DNA of 64,000 nucleotides from Dehalococcoidia bacterium (GCA_041300025.1 JBGLNL010000001.1:683888-747887); one strand, 5' to 3'; positions 1 through 9,875 are shown, counted from the first letter of the stretch. Notes: generated from the letters alone by a model not told the origin. Numbers and translations: made by a program.

Positions 1-1047
1 ACAATGTCCCATTTCCAAATCACCGTAGCGCTGCATGATGACTCCATCGGCCAGAAGGTTAGCCAGCTTGGCTATAGATCGGCCATATGTTATGGGATCT
101 TTGAATGGTTCTCCGAACATGGCGCTGCCCAGGAGAGCGAAATTGGTCCTACTGGTTTTGCTGTTGGCATAACTATGCCCGTTAACAGTTACTACCGGGT
201 CCTCCCCGCCTGTTGATTCCATGGTTACCTCACCCGAAGGGCACACACAAAAGGTTCTGATCTTGTCGTTGAATATGGTTGATCGGTACTCCAGTTTGGG
301 TTCGTAAAGGATATCGGTCAGGTCTTGTAAAACCTCCTGGGCAATTTCCACCCGGAGTCCCAGGTCAACCGGATTATTGTGCGTGGTAAGCTTCAGTGCT
401 TTGGCTTCCCTCATCAGCCAGTCAGAGCCCTCTCTTCCCGGTGATACGACTACATATTGTGTTTGTATTGATTCGCCTTTATTAGTTATGACACCGGTGG
501 CCTTCCCGTTTTCAGTCTGAATTAAGTCAACAGTAACATTAGTTCGCATCTCAACATGGTCTACCAGGAAATCGTGCATTTCACGCAGAACTTTATAACA
601 GCGTTCCGTGCCCATATGACGGACTGGCATGGGGATAAGCTTTAATCCGGCAACCTCAGCCTTTTCCCTGATAGCTTCTACTTCAGGGCCAACCCCGTAA
701 ATCTCGTCGGAGGCACCAAAATCGAGATAGCGCCGATCAACATAATTGATCAAGTCTTTTAGCTTGCCGTCTCCGACATAGCTTTGCAGTCGTCCGCCGA
801 TTTCAGGGGATAATGTTAGTTTCCCGTCGCTGTAGGCTCCGGCTCCACCCCAGCCGCTTACCATGGCGCATGTGGGACAGGCCAGACACCCGCTGTATCC
901 ATAAGCACCCGGACAGACGCGTTTTTCCAGGTTCTTACCTTTCTCAAGCAGGAGTATGCTGAGATTTGAGGATTGGGATAGTTCAAGGGCAGTGAATATT
1001 CCCGCCGGGCCGCTCCCAACGATCACCACATCATATGTTTCGCCCAT
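1..1047 (-). CDS. FAD-dependent oxidoreductase (COG2509-like); 3' end lies outside the window
   Basis: Absent from the ORF track because no stop codon falls in the window. Translating the minus strand from ATG at 1047-1045 gives MGETYDVVIVGSGPAGIFTALEL... (GxGxxG Rossmann motif). The frame stays open for 349 codons to base 1. Confidence 0.7.
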   Translation of the reverse strand, partial: MGETYDVVIVGSGPAGIFTALELSQSSNLSILLLEKGKNLEKRVCPGAYGYSGCLACPTCAMVSGWGGAGAYSDGKLTLSPEIGGRLQSYVGDGKLKDLINYVDRRYLDFGASDEIYGVGPEVEAIREKAEVAGLKLIPMPVRHMGTERCYKVLREMHDFLVDHVEMRTNVTVDLIQTENGKATGVITNKGESIQTQYVVVSPGREGSDWLMREAKALKLTTHNNPVDLGLRVEIAQEVLQDLTDILYEPKLEYRSTIFNDKIRTFCVCPSGEVTMESTGGEDPVVTVNGHSYANSKTSRTNFALLGSAMFGEPFKDPITYGRSIAKLANLLADGVIMQRYGDLEMGHC

Positions 1048-1109
1048 ACTCTACCCCGCGATGCTATAATGAGAATCCGCTGAATGTGCAATTAGGAGGG
1101 AAAGGGGGT

Positions 1110-1316
1110 TCAATCCTTAATTTTGTACCGTTTTTTGAAGCGTTCTACCTGTCCTGCTGTATCGACAATCCGCTGTTCGCCGGAGAAGTATGGGTGGCAT
1201 TTGCTGCATACCTCTACCTTTAGTTTTGGCTGGGTTGCTCCGATAGTGAAGGTATGCCCGCATGAGCAAGTTACATGGCATTCCTGATAATACTTGGGAT
1301 GGATATCTTTTTTCAT
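1110..1316 (-). CDS. rpmE: 50S ribosomal protein L31 (Zn-binding type)
   Basis: MKKDIHPKYY...CSCGHTF...CSKCHPYFSG is the classic L31 sequence with two Cys pairs. Confidence 0.95.
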   Translation of the reverse strand: MKKDIHPKYYQECHVTCSCGHTFTIGATQPKLKVEVCSKCHPYFSGEQRIVDTAGQVERFKKRYKIKD

Positions 1317-1323
1317 TTATGCC

Positions 1324-1590
1324 TCAGTTTGTTTCAGGGCCAGGGATAATGCTTACTTTTTTGCGGTATTTATTGGCCCGGCCGAATTTGACTTTACCAT
1401 CTATAAGCGCAAAGATAGTGTGATCCTTGCCCAACCCGACATTTTCGCCAAGATGGACCTTGGTTCCTCGCTGTCTGATTAAAATATTCCCCGCCCGTAC
1501 GAATTGTCCGTCGAATCTCTTCACTCCCAGTCTTTGGGACTGGCTGTCTCGCCCTAATTTACTGCTGCCGCCCGATTTTTTATGTGCCAT
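1324..1590 (-). CDS. rpmA: 50S ribosomal protein L27
   Basis: [10 protein letters not shown]...[14 protein letters not shown] matches the L27 signature. It sits directly downstream of L21. Confidence 0.95.
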   Translation of the reverse strand: MAHKKSGGSSKLGRDSQSQRLGVKRFDGQFVRAGNILIRQRGTKVHLGENVGLGKDHTIFALIDGKVKFGRANKYRKKVSIIPGPETN

Positions 1591-1608
1591 TGTTTTCCTT
1601 GTTCTAGT

Positions 1609-1923
1609 CTAATTCAATTTGATTTCTTCAATTGCCAGTTTGGTGAATTGCTGACGATGGCCAGTTTTGCGCCGATAGCGAACCTTGTTTTTGTATTTGA
1701 AAACAATCACTTTGCGTTGCTTGCCCTGATTCAGAATGGTGGCCTTGACTTTGGCACCCTCGACATTAGGCCGACCCACGGAATAGCTATCACCATCGGC
1801 TATGAAAATAACATTATCGAGTTCTACTGAACTGCCTTCATCGCCAGGAATTTTTTCCACCTCTATTATTTGTCCTGGCGAGACTTTGTGCTGTTTACCT
1901 CCGGTTTCAACTATAGCGTAAAT
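1609..1923 (-). CDS. rplU: 50S ribosomal protein L21, start extended to an ATT codon
   Basis: The track ORF starts at GTG 1860. The conserved N-terminus YAIVETGGKQHKVSPGQIIEV lies in frame upstream. Between the upstream TAA and that motif the only candidate start is ATT at 1923-1921, 6 nt after a GGAGG. Confidence 0.85.
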   Translation of the reverse strand: MYAIVETGGKQHKVSPGQIIEVEKIPGDEGSSVELDNVIFIADGDSYSVGRPNVEGAKVKATILNQGKQRKVIVFKYKNKVRYRRKTGHRQQFTKLAIEEIKLN

Positions 1924-2048
1924 AATCTTCCTCCGTTATTAAGTGACACCCAACAGACTATTCTATCAATTGCACTAGATTTGTCAAGCTGTGAACCTGT
2001 ATTTTGCTTGAAGCCACATGCGAAAAGTAGTATCATTAGATTGTTTGA

Positions 2049-2123
2049 GCCCCTGTAGCTCAGTGGATAGAGCACCGGCCTCCGGAGCCGGTAGCGAGGG
2101 TTCGAGTCCCTCCGGGGGTACCA
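2049..2123 (+). tRNA. tRNA-Arg(CCG), CCA encoded
   Basis: Hand-folded cloverleaf: U8/A14, D arm tagctcagtggatagagc, anticodon loop CU-CCG-GA, T arm gaggg-ttcgagt-ccctc. The acceptor stem has a terminal G-U pair, then A-CCA. Confidence 0.9.
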
Positions 2124-2303
2124 GAATATTAGGGAATCATTACATAGAGCGCAAAGGACGCAGAGATTGATTGATAGCTAGCGGTTTGATAAGTTCACCT
2201 TTTCCAATTCTTCGGAAATCGAACTCAATTACCAAATGTTAAACATCCGAATTTCAGCATGTCCATTGTGTTCTGGAAGTGAACGAATAAAAGGAGGTTA
2301 GTC

Positions 2304-2861
2304 TTGCCAATAACAGAAGTACGCTGGCATGGCCGTGGTGGTCAGGGTGCAGTCACCTCTACAGAGCTTATTGCACTGGCCGCTATCGCTAAAGGGAAGT
2401 ACGCACAATCTTTCCCCAGTTTTGGGCCTGAAAGAAGAGGTGCGCCGGTTCAAGCCTTTCTCAGGGTCGGGGATGAACCGGTCAGGGTCAGATCGGAAAT
2501 CACCAAACCTGACGTGGTGGTAGTGCTCAATCCGGATTTATTTGAGTCCGTTGATGTGACTGCCGGGCTCAAAAAGAACGGGTTGCTGGTGATTAATACA
2601 AGGAAATCCCTCAAAGAGATGAAAGCTGCGCATGGTAACGGATACAGGATTGCTATTGTTAATGCCACGAAGATTGCCCGCGAATCGATAGGCATGCCGA
2701 TAACCAACACCACGATGATCGGGGCCTTGTTGAAAGTGGTCCCCCTGGTGGAAATGGATGATATGCTCGGGCCGCTGGAGCATCGTTTTGGAAAGGTCGC
2801 TGAAAAGAATATCACCGCCATGAAGAGAGCTTACGAAGAAGTTATAGCGGAGGGACAATAG
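2304..2861 (+). CDS. porG: 2-oxoacid (pyruvate-type):ferredoxin oxidoreductase, gamma subunit
   Basis: RWHGRGGQGAVT motif. TTG start 6 nt after AAGGAGG. First gene of a gamma-delta-alpha-beta operon. Confidence 0.85.
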   Translation: MPITEVRWHGRGGQGAVTSTELIALAAIAKGKYAQSFPSFGPERRGAPVQAFLRVGDEPVRVRSEITKPDVVVVLNPDLFESVDVTAGLKKNGLLVINTRKSLKEMKAAHGNGYRIAIVNATKIARESIGMPITNTTMIGALLKVVPLVEMDDMLGPLEHRFGKVAEKNITAMKRAYEEVIAEGQ

Positions 2862-2862
2862 A

Positions 2863-3144
2863 ATGGCTGATTTAACATGGAAGGAACTGGAACTGGGAGG
2901 CATAATCTCCAGTCCGGGGAATGCCAGCGCATATCGCACCGGGGACTGGAGGTCCGACCGGCCAACCAAGGATTATGAGAAGTGCATCAAATGTGGAATG
3001 TGCTGGCTCTATTGTCCTGAGGCTGCTATTAAGATCAGAGAAGATGGCATGTATGATTTTGACCTCTTCTATTGCAAGGGATGCGGGATTTGCGCTGCGG
3101 AATGTCCCAAAAAGTGCATAACGATGGTTGAGGAGGAAGAGTGA
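2863..3144 (+). CDS. porD: 2-oxoacid:ferredoxin oxidoreductase, delta subunit (2x[4Fe-4S])
   Basis: Two CxxCxxCxxxCP clusters (CIKCGMCWLYCP and CKGCGICAAECP). Confidence 0.85.
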   Translation: MADLTWKELELGGIISSPGNASAYRTGDWRSDRPTKDYEKCIKCGMCWLYCPEAAIKIREDGMYDFDLFYCKGCGICAAECPKKCITMVEEEE

Positions 3145-4337
3145 TGGCAAAGAAAGTAAAGAATGCAAAGAAAGTCGGGCTGGAAGGTTCTTTTGCCATT
3201 GCTGAAGCTGCTAAACTGGCAAATGTAGATGTAGTTGCTGCTTATCCTATCACTCCCCAGACACACATCGTGGAGCGCCTGGCCGAAATGGTGGCCGATG
3301 GCGAACTCAATGCTGCATATATTCCGGTTGAATCCGAACACTCGGCGATGAGCGCTTGCCTGGGAGCATCCGCTACCGGGGCGAGGACCCTCACCGCCAC
3401 TGCGGGTCAGGGACTGGAACTCATGCATGAAGTGCTATATGTGGCCTCTTCGATGCGTTTGCCCATCGTCCTGACCGTAGCCGATAGAGCCCTTTCCGCA
3501 CCTCTCAGCGTGTGGGGCGATCACTCCGATGCCATGGCTGTTCGGGATACCGGATGGATTCAGGTATTTGCCGAAAACGGGCAGGAAGTTCATGACCTTG
3601 TCCTTTGGGCTTTCCGGGTGGGAGAGGATCCGGATGTTCTGTTTCCCGTGATGGTTCATCTTGATGGCTTTAACCTTTCTCATGTGACGGAGCCGGTACT
3701 GCTGGCCGAGCAGGCAGACGTTGATAAATTCCTTCCTCCTTTCAAGTATCCGCTGCCATTACATCCCGATAAACCGGTAACTATGGGGGCTTTTGGTCCG
3801 CCGGCCATTTATACCGAGGCCAAGAAGGCACAGGAAGTGGCTTTCGAAAATACCAAAGGAACGATACTGAAAGGCTGGAAAGAGTTTGAGAAAATCTTCG
3901 GCCGCAGTTATAATCCGGTCGAAACCTATAAAGCTGATGATGCCGAAATCCTGCTTTTGACTATGGGAAGCCTTGGCGAGACGGCAAGCATGGCAATTGA
4001 CAGCATGCGGGAAGCAGGCAAAAATGTGGGGTTGGTAAAGCTGAGGCTCTGGCGACCTTTCCCGTTTGAGGAATTCCGGAAAATTGCGGGGAAGGCTAAG
4101 GTTCTAATCGTTCTCGATCGCTGCATTTCCTTTGGCGGCCCGGTAGGCCCGGTTTTCTCCGAGGTTAAATCGGCGCTTTATGCTGAAAAGAAACGGCCTA
4201 AGGTCGTAAGCTTTATTGGTGGTCTCGGAGGCCGTGATGTCACTCCGGAAAACTTCGAATATATTATAACCAGGGGAATCGAAATAGCCGAAAAGGGAAG
4301 CGAAACAGAATACGAGATGATAGGGGTGCGAGAATGA
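3141..4337 (+). CDS. porA: 2-oxoacid:ferredoxin oxidoreductase, alpha subunit
   Basis: 398 aa; AAYPITPQT... is the typical N-terminus. 4-nt overlaps with both neighbours suggest translational coupling. Confidence 0.85.
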   Translation: MMAKKVKNAKKVGLEGSFAIAEAAKLANVDVVAAYPITPQTHIVERLAEMVADGELNAAYIPVESEHSAMSACLGASATGARTLTATAGQGLELMHEVLYVASSMRLPIVLTVADRALSAPLSVWGDHSDAMAVRDTGWIQVFAENGQEVHDLVLWAFRVGEDPDVLFPVMVHLDGFNLSHVTEPVLLAEQADVDKFLPPFKYPLPLHPDKPVTMGAFGPPAIYTEAKKAQEVAFENTKGTILKGWKEFEKIFGRSYNPVETYKADDAEILLLTMGSLGETASMAIDSMREAGKNVGLVKLRLWRPFPFEEFRKIAGKAKVLIVLDRCISFGGPVGPVFSEVKSALYAEKKRPKVVSFIGGLGGRDVTPENFEYIITRGIEIAEKGSETEYEMIGVRE

Positions 4338-5257
4338 CTCAGGATTTTGTGAACTTCGGAAAACGCGATGTAACCACCGATGAGCTTTTTGCCCCGGGAC
4401 ACAGGGGTTGTATCGGTTGCGGGGAAGCCCTGGCGGTTCGGCTGGTTATGAAAGCGCTGGGCAAAGATGTGATAATTTCCAATGCCACCGGATGCATCGA
4501 AATAATTTCATCACCGCTTCCTACCACATCATGGAGGGTTCCCTGGATTCATACTCTGTTTGAAAATACGGCTGCTGTTGCTTCCGGAGTTGAGGCCGGG
4601 CTTAAGGTTTTAATGAAAAAGGGGAAAATCCCGGAAAAGAAAATCTATTCTGTTGCTTTTGCCGGTGATGGAGCTACCAGCGATATCGGCATTCAGGCAT
4701 TATCAGGTGCCATGGAAAGAGGCCATAATTTTGTCTATGTGTGTTTCGATAATGAAGCATACATGAACACAGGCATCCAGAGATCGAGCGCTACCCCTTA
4801 TGGGGCCTCGACCACCACTGCCCCGGCAGGGAAAATGAGTATCGGGCAGATGACCTGGAAAAAGGATATGCCTGCCATTGCAGTAGCTCATAACATACCC
4901 TACGTGGCCACTGCCAGTCCCAGCTATCCTTTCGACCTGATGGAAAAGGTTAAGAAAGCCGCTGAGGTAAACGGGCCGGCTTATGTCCACGTACTTTCTG
5001 TTTGCCCAACAGGCTGGAGAACGCCCACCGGGCAGAGCGTGGCTATGGGTAAGCTGGCGGTGCAGACAGGAATTTTCCCATTATATGAAGTCGAGAACGG
5101 AAAATACAAATTGAATGTGGATAAGGAACTCAAGCCGGTTGCCGAATATCTCAAAAAGCAGGGGCGGTTCCGCCACCTTTCCGATGAGGAGATTGAAAAG
5201 ATTCAGGCAAGGGTCACTGAGGATTATGCAAGGCTGAAAGCAAAAGCTGCAAGCTAG
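4334..5257 (+). CDS. porB: 2-oxoacid:ferredoxin oxidoreductase, beta subunit (TPP-binding)
   Basis: GHRGCIGCGE and GDGATSDIG TPP-binding motifs. Confidence 0.85.
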   Translation: MTQDFVNFGKRDVTTDELFAPGHRGCIGCGEALAVRLVMKALGKDVIISNATGCIEIISSPLPTTSWRVPWIHTLFENTAAVASGVEAGLKVLMKKGKIPEKKIYSVAFAGDGATSDIGIQALSGAMERGHNFVYVCFDNEAYMNTGIQRSSATPYGASTTTAPAGKMSIGQMTWKKDMPAIAVAHNIPYVATASPSYPFDLMEKVKKAAEVNGPAYVHVLSVCPTGWRTPTGQSVAMGKLAVQTGIFPLYEVENGKYKLNVDKELKPVAEYLKKQGRFRHLSDEEIEKIQARVTEDYARLKAKAAS

Positions 5258-5281
5258 TGAAGTATCTGGGAGATACGGGAA

Positions 5282-5416
5282 ATGAAAACTAAACAAGAAG
5301 AAAAAGACCTGATCGATATCCAGAAAATAGCTGTTGAAGAAGGTATTTCTTATCAAACTCTGATGTCAAGCGTACTGCACAAGTTCGTCAGTGGCCGTTT
5401 GAAGAATGTATCTTAA
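5282..5416 (+). CDS. Small 44-aa ORF resembling the C-terminal part of a BrnA/CopG-type antitoxin
   Basis: Below the track cutoff. My translation is MKTKQEEKDLIDIQKIAVEEGISYQTLMSSVLHKFVSGRLKNVS. The (I/P)YQTL..S.LHK(F/Y)V.G.L tail is typical of BrnA-like antitoxins. No toxin gene is adjacent. Confidence 0.35.
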   Translation: MKTKQEEKDLIDIQKIAVEEGISYQTLMSSVLHKFVSGRLKNVS

Positions 5417-5608
5417 TTCAAAATGAGGTGATCTCCTCCCATTTCAACTTGTTGCCACGATGGCAACAACAGGTTCCAGCGGTAATCCGAAATCTCTGCT
5501 ATAATCTCAGGCAATAAACAGGTTGCCGCCAAGAGCACGGTAAGCATATTCCCTTTAAGCCGCTGACGCGCAGCGTTCGCCGTGTTAGGGTGGCCTGAGC
5601 GATAGACT

Positions 5609-6895
5609 ATGAACGAAGGAATGAGAAGTTGTTATGATATGAATGGAAAGGGGAAGAGGAGAGGCCCCTATTCTCTCCTTTTGTTCATTGCGCTTTTTAC
5701 TCTCCTCCTCGGTTGTGGTGGAGAATTATCCACCTCACCCACTCCACAAGTGCTCACACAGCTTGTTGAAGATAGTCTGGAAAGTGTTGACGGCACTCCA
5801 AGGTTGGCACTCTGGTTAGCCAAGAAGGATGAACTAACCACATATGACGAGGCCAGGTATGATGTTGTAATGACAAGTTGGTTTGAACCGGCGGAAGCCA
5901 ACATCATAAAGTCGCACAATCCATCAACGAAATTCCTGGCAGGCCTTTCCCATACTTGGATACTGGATGACCCCGTATGGCTGGAATTTCTTCTCACTGT
6001 GGCCAATGGGGGAGACCCAGACGGCCCGTTGCAGATCACCGAAGATATGTACCTGATGCTTGATGAAAATCGCGATGGAACACTTGAGCGCAAATGTTCT
6101 CCGCCCGGCTGGGAAAAAATCTGTGCGATGGACCCTCGCCATCCTGGCTGGCGTAAATTGATCCTTGCGTTTTATCATAACGTTGCTGAACAACCGCAAC
6201 ACGAAGGGATCATCGTGGATATGGTGGACGCGTATCCCTTTTGTGAGGGGGCCTGGTCAGGCGGGGTACCGACCCCGATTGATGCAGAAACCTGGGTATC
6301 TGCGCAAGATGAGTTGTTGGGAATCATTAGGGAGGAGATGCCCTCAGATAAGTTAGTCTTTGCGAATGCAGGGCGTGATTTCGCTGTCGGGTCACCTTTC
6401 CCACGCCATCTGAATGGCTATTTGCTTGAGAATTTTCTTGGCAGTTGGGGGGCGGGACTGGAGGAAGGATTGGCTTCAGCTCAACGCGCACTGGAGACAA
6501 CTCAACCTCCACACATGGTTATCTTTGCAGTTGATACAGATGACACAGGAAAGATTGATTGGGCACGTTTCCGAGTCGGATTCGCTGCGAGTTTGCTGCT
6601 GGATAACACATACTTTGCGTTTGATTATGGTTCCAGGGACCATGGTGGGGTAATTGGCTGGTGGTTTCCTGCGTACTATGCGATAGACCTGGGAAGGCCC
6701 CTCGGTCCTTACTCAATAACTGATGGGGTATATCGCCGTGACTTTGAAAAAGGAGTAGTCATTGTGGCAGCAGAGAAAGATACACACATGTCGCTCGACA
6801 CTCTTCATATCGATACTGTGAGTGGCGAAACAGGAATGGAATTTGCTGTTCCTAAAGGAGATGCAAGGATATTTTTACGCGTAGATGAACCGTGA
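5609..6895 (+). CDS. Lipoprotein, putative TIM-barrel glycoside-hydrolase-like protein (GHL15/GH114-like)
   Basis: Signal peptide plus lipobox LLLGC. The central region resembles the uncharacterised glycosyl-hydrolase-like families. The function call is weak. Confidence 0.5.
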   Translation: MNEGMRSCYDMNGKGKRRGPYSLLLFIALFTLLLGCGGELSTSPTPQVLTQLVEDSLESVDGTPRLALWLAKKDELTTYDEARYDVVMTSWFEPAEANIIKSHNPSTKFLAGLSHTWILDDPVWLEFLLTVANGGDPDGPLQITEDMYLMLDENRDGTLERKCSPPGWEKICAMDPRHPGWRKLILAFYHNVAEQPQHEGIIVDMVDAYPFCEGAWSGGVPTPIDAETWVSAQDELLGIIREEMPSDKLVFANAGRDFAVGSPFPRHLNGYLLENFLGSWGAGLEEGLASAQRALETTQPPHMVIFAVDTDDTGKIDWARFRVGFAASLLLDNTYFAFDYGSRDHGGVIGWWFPAYYAIDLGRPLGPYSITDGVYRRDFEKGVVIVAAEKDTHMSLDTLHIDTVSGETGMEFAVPKGDARIFLRVDEP

Positions 6896-7113
6896 ATCCA
6901 AGCTACCCAAAACTCATGAGAACTCCCTTTGTCAAAAGCCCCCTTTAAATTACATCCGCGTCCAGAACAACTTCAAGCGACAGCTTCCTCTGGATTGGTT
7001 CATCTTCCCAAAACTTTTCCCCTTTTCAACTTGGCGGCAAGGTGATAATATACCCTTGAAGCTAATGCCCGGCAGCATCGGGCAACAAAATCAGCAAACC
7101 AAAGGAGGAACGT

Positions 7114-7854
7114 ATGAAAAGGTATGGCGCTGAATTCTTTGGGACCTTTTGGCTGGTTCTCGGTGGATGTGGCAGTGCAGTGTTGGCCGCTGCGTTCCCC
7201 AATTTGGGCATTGGCCTCCTTGGCGTTGCACTGGCCTTTGGCTTAACCGTACTGACAATGGCCTTCGCTATCGGGCACATATCCGGCTGTCATCTCAATC
7301 CGGCAGTTTCGATTGGTCTGTGGGCCAGCGGGCGTTTCCCAGCAAGGGACCTGTTGCCCTACATCGTTGCACAGGTCGCAGGCGCAATCGTAGCCGGTGG
7401 TGTCTTGTATCTCATTGCGAGCGGTAAGGATGGTTTCGACGTCTCAGCAGGCTTCGCTTCCAATGGCTATGGTGACCATTCGCCCGGCGAGTACTCCTTG
7501 CTGGCAGCATTAATCACGGAAATCGTCATGACCATGATGTTCCTCGTTGTCATTCTTGGTGCCACTGACAAACGGGCGCCACAGGGTCTTGCGCCGATTG
7601 CGATTGGATTGTGCCTTACTCTCATCCACCTGATTAGCATCCCCGTTACCAACACCTCAGTGAATCCCGCTCGCAGTACTGGCGTTGCAGTGTTTGTGGG
7701 TGATTGGGCAGTTACACAGCTCTGGCTTTTCTGGGTAGCTCCTATCATTGGCGGTATGCTGGGAGCTGCGATCTATCGCCTCATCGGTAGTGAAGGTACC
7801 AAAGCGAAAGTCAGGGGGCACGTGACCGCACACGGAACAAGTGATCAGAAGTAG
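7114..7854 (+). CDS. aqpZ: Aquaporin Z
   Basis: Two NPA boxes (HLNPAVS and VNPARS). The N-terminus [26 protein letters not shown] is AqpZ-like. Confidence 0.95.
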   Translation: MKRYGAEFFGTFWLVLGGCGSAVLAAAFPNLGIGLLGVALAFGLTVLTMAFAIGHISGCHLNPAVSIGLWASGRFPARDLLPYIVAQVAGAIVAGGVLYLIASGKDGFDVSAGFASNGYGDHSPGEYSLLAALITEIVMTMMFLVVILGATDKRAPQGLAPIAIGLCLTLIHLISIPVTNTSVNPARSTGVAVFVGDWAVTQLWLFWVAPIIGGMLGAAIYRLIGSEGTKAKVRGHVTAHGTSDQK

Positions 7855-8146
7855 GGTAGTCAGAAACAGGCTGTGATAGCGCTTCTACCCCCACCCAATT
7901 GACATTTAATGAAGCGGCAAAACGGGATAGCTGTCGCTTCTGAAAAGACAGCAGATATTCCGATACGGGTAATCCGGCGAGAAATGAGCCATTAACAGGG
8001 GTAAATTACGGTGCGGATGGGCGAACGGGGCGCGAATTTTTGCTTGGCCAAAATTCAAAAGAATGAGGCGTATTTGACCCAGTGTATTTGCTTGAGGATT
8101 TAGGGATTTACCCTTATTGACTAATATAACCCATGAGGTTATAATA

Positions 8147-8503
8147 ATGCCTTGGAAGATTGAGAACTACGTCACAAGAGATGGTACTGAGCCAGTGCAA
8201 GAATGGCTCAATGAACTCAGCGATAAGAAACTGAAAGCAAAAATGTACACAGGGATATCTAAGCTAGGAACCCATGGGGTTGATATTCTGATTAAAACTG
8301 ACCTGTTGAAACGTATTAGCGGCGATGATGATGACCTTTATGAGCTAAGAGGTGGACAGGGCAGAATTACAGTTTATTTTGACAGGGAACTGATTGGGTT
8401 TGTCTTGTTGAATGCCTTTCTTAAGAAGCGCCAGAAGGAAAATAGGAGAATTGAGGAAGCTCGTCGCTTCTTACATGATTACTTGGATAGAAAAAGAAGG
8501 TAA
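8147..8503 (+). CDS. RelE/ParE-superfamily toxin, Gp49/HigB-like
   Basis: MPWKIENYVTRDGTEPVQEWLNEL... is a typical DUF891/Gp49 N-terminus. It is followed 4 nt later by an XRE antitoxin. Confidence 0.7.
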   Translation: MPWKIENYVTRDGTEPVQEWLNELSDKKLKAKMYTGISKLGTHGVDILIKTDLLKRISGDDDDLYELRGGQGRITVYFDRELIGFVLLNAFLKKRQKENRRIEEARRFLHDYLDRKRR

Positions 8504-8507
8504 GCTT

Positions 8508-8852
8508 ATGATGGAACGATGGCAAACAGAACTCGCTCGTGAATTGCAGGAACCAGAATTTGCTAAATTGTATGGCATCGAACAAGCAAAAAGCGAGATT
8601 GCTATCACATTAGCCAAAGCCCGTCTTAGGCAAGGCTTGACACAAAATGACATGGCAATCAAAGTGGGCACTAGTCAACCCTACATCGCGAAGTTGGAGC
8701 GGGGAGACGCCAATCCAACTATCGGCAACATAGGCAGTATGCTAGCAATACTTGGGTTACGTTTGGCAGTAGATACAGTGCCGTTGATTCCACAACCTGT
8801 TGAACCTGCCAATCTCGCTGGTCGTGAGCAGCCTCACTCAACTGTTCTTTAA
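8508..8852 (+). CDS. XRE-family HTH antitoxin (HigA-like)
   Basis: LRQGLTQNDMAIKVGTSQPYIAKLERGDANPTI is an HTH_XRE motif. Start taken at ATGATG 8508, just after the toxin stop. Confidence 0.7.
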   Translation: MMERWQTELARELQEPEFAKLYGIEQAKSEIAITLAKARLRQGLTQNDMAIKVGTSQPYIAKLERGDANPTIGNIGSMLAILGLRLAVDTVPLIPQPVEPANLAGREQPHSTVL

Positions 8853-9015
8853 ACTGCAGATGTGATAGCACAAAAAGCTTGGGGACGTCATGGGACTATC
8901 AGATTTAATGCTGTAGACTCTGAGTCCGAAATAAGCGCTGCAAGTGAGCGGATAATTCCACCCGTGGCATCTGGTTTTCATGCTGCATAATTTGCATGCT
9001 GGGAGGTATCGAATA

Positions 9016-9435
9016 ATGAAACTGTCAAAAAACATGAAAAAACTCTTTGTAGATGAGTTGCGCTTTGTTATTGAAAATATGAACAAATCGGAAAATGCGG
9101 TGTGGAAGATGTATTTCTTCAGTGCCTCATATGGCGTGGCCAATAGAATTATGAATATCGAGTGTGACAGTGAGTTAATTTTTGTTCATAATGTCTTGAG
9201 TGCAGCGCATTCCACTATAAATTCAAGAATAGGAGCCCTTACTTCTGGGGCTGAATTAGCCGTAGGTATACCTGAGAACATCTTCGGGAAGTTGGTAGAG
9301 GCATTGGAAGAAATCATTACGAGCGTACAGAACGATCAAAGTACCTATCCTGCGTTGGAAAAAATCTCTAACGTCGCTTATAGTACAACTGGTAACGGAT
9401 ACTATCTGTATGTGAGGGGTAAATTAATCCTGTGA
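9016..9435 (+). CDS. Hypothetical protein (139 aa, helical, no recognisable motif)
   Basis: ATG at 9016 preceded by GGGAGG. Its 3' end overlaps the convergent IS110 remnant. Confidence 0.4.
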   Translation: MKLSKNMKKLFVDELRFVIENMNKSENAVWKMYFFSASYGVANRIMNIECDSELIFVHNVLSAAHSTINSRIGALTSGAELAVGIPENIFGKLVEALEEIITSVQNDQSTYPALEKISNVAYSTTGNGYYLYVRGKLIL

Positions 9436-9597
9436 TCTTTCTGCCAGAAACCGGCTGAGGTACTGGTACAACCGGCTGTGCCCCTCAAACGTATCGTCCA
9501 ATTGAAAGCTTTCCTCCACCGGCTGTTTGAGCGAATCCAGCATGATGAAATCCGCGTACCCCTTGCTGACATCAATTCCCAGATAGTATGATGGCAT
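9424..9597 (-). pseudogene. IS110-family transposase, N-terminal 57-aa remnant
   Basis: Below the track cutoff. The minus-strand translation is MPSYYLGIDVSKGYADFIMLDSLKQPVEESFQLDDTFEGHSRLYQYLSRFLAERSQD*. GIDVSK carries the first D of the DEDD motif. Full proteins are over 300 aa. Confidence 0.6.
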
Positions 9598-9875
9598 ATA
9601 GGCCCCCTTCGATAATTAGATTTTCGGTTGCCAGGAATCATCAGCCTTGTCAATATGCGGTGTCTTAAGCACCAGGTTATTGTACCCGACTTTTACCTGG
9701 CGGAAGGAAGTCACTTTAAATCGGGCTCGAAGCCCATGGGCGGTTCCTTCTCTTCCGCCAGTTTCCCAGCTATCAGCTAAAAAGGCAAGATCTATCACTA
9801 ACTTTAAACATACATGGGGGGGGTTGTAAACGGACAGGAGCACATAGGCGGCTTCGGTGAGCACCAAACTAAGAG

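Noticed and set aside
8117-8145. Near-consensus sigma70 promoter TTGACT-17-TATAAT in front of the HigB-like gene
   Set aside because: The -10 box ends 1 nt before the ATG, so a transcript from it would start inside the coding region. I keep it only as a possible operator/palindrome context, not as the promoter for this start.
9616-9867. 83-aa minus ORF and 60-aa plus ORF (9647-9829) upstream of the IS110 remnant
   Set aside because: No motifs are present. The region is better explained as the IS110 5' non-coding end.
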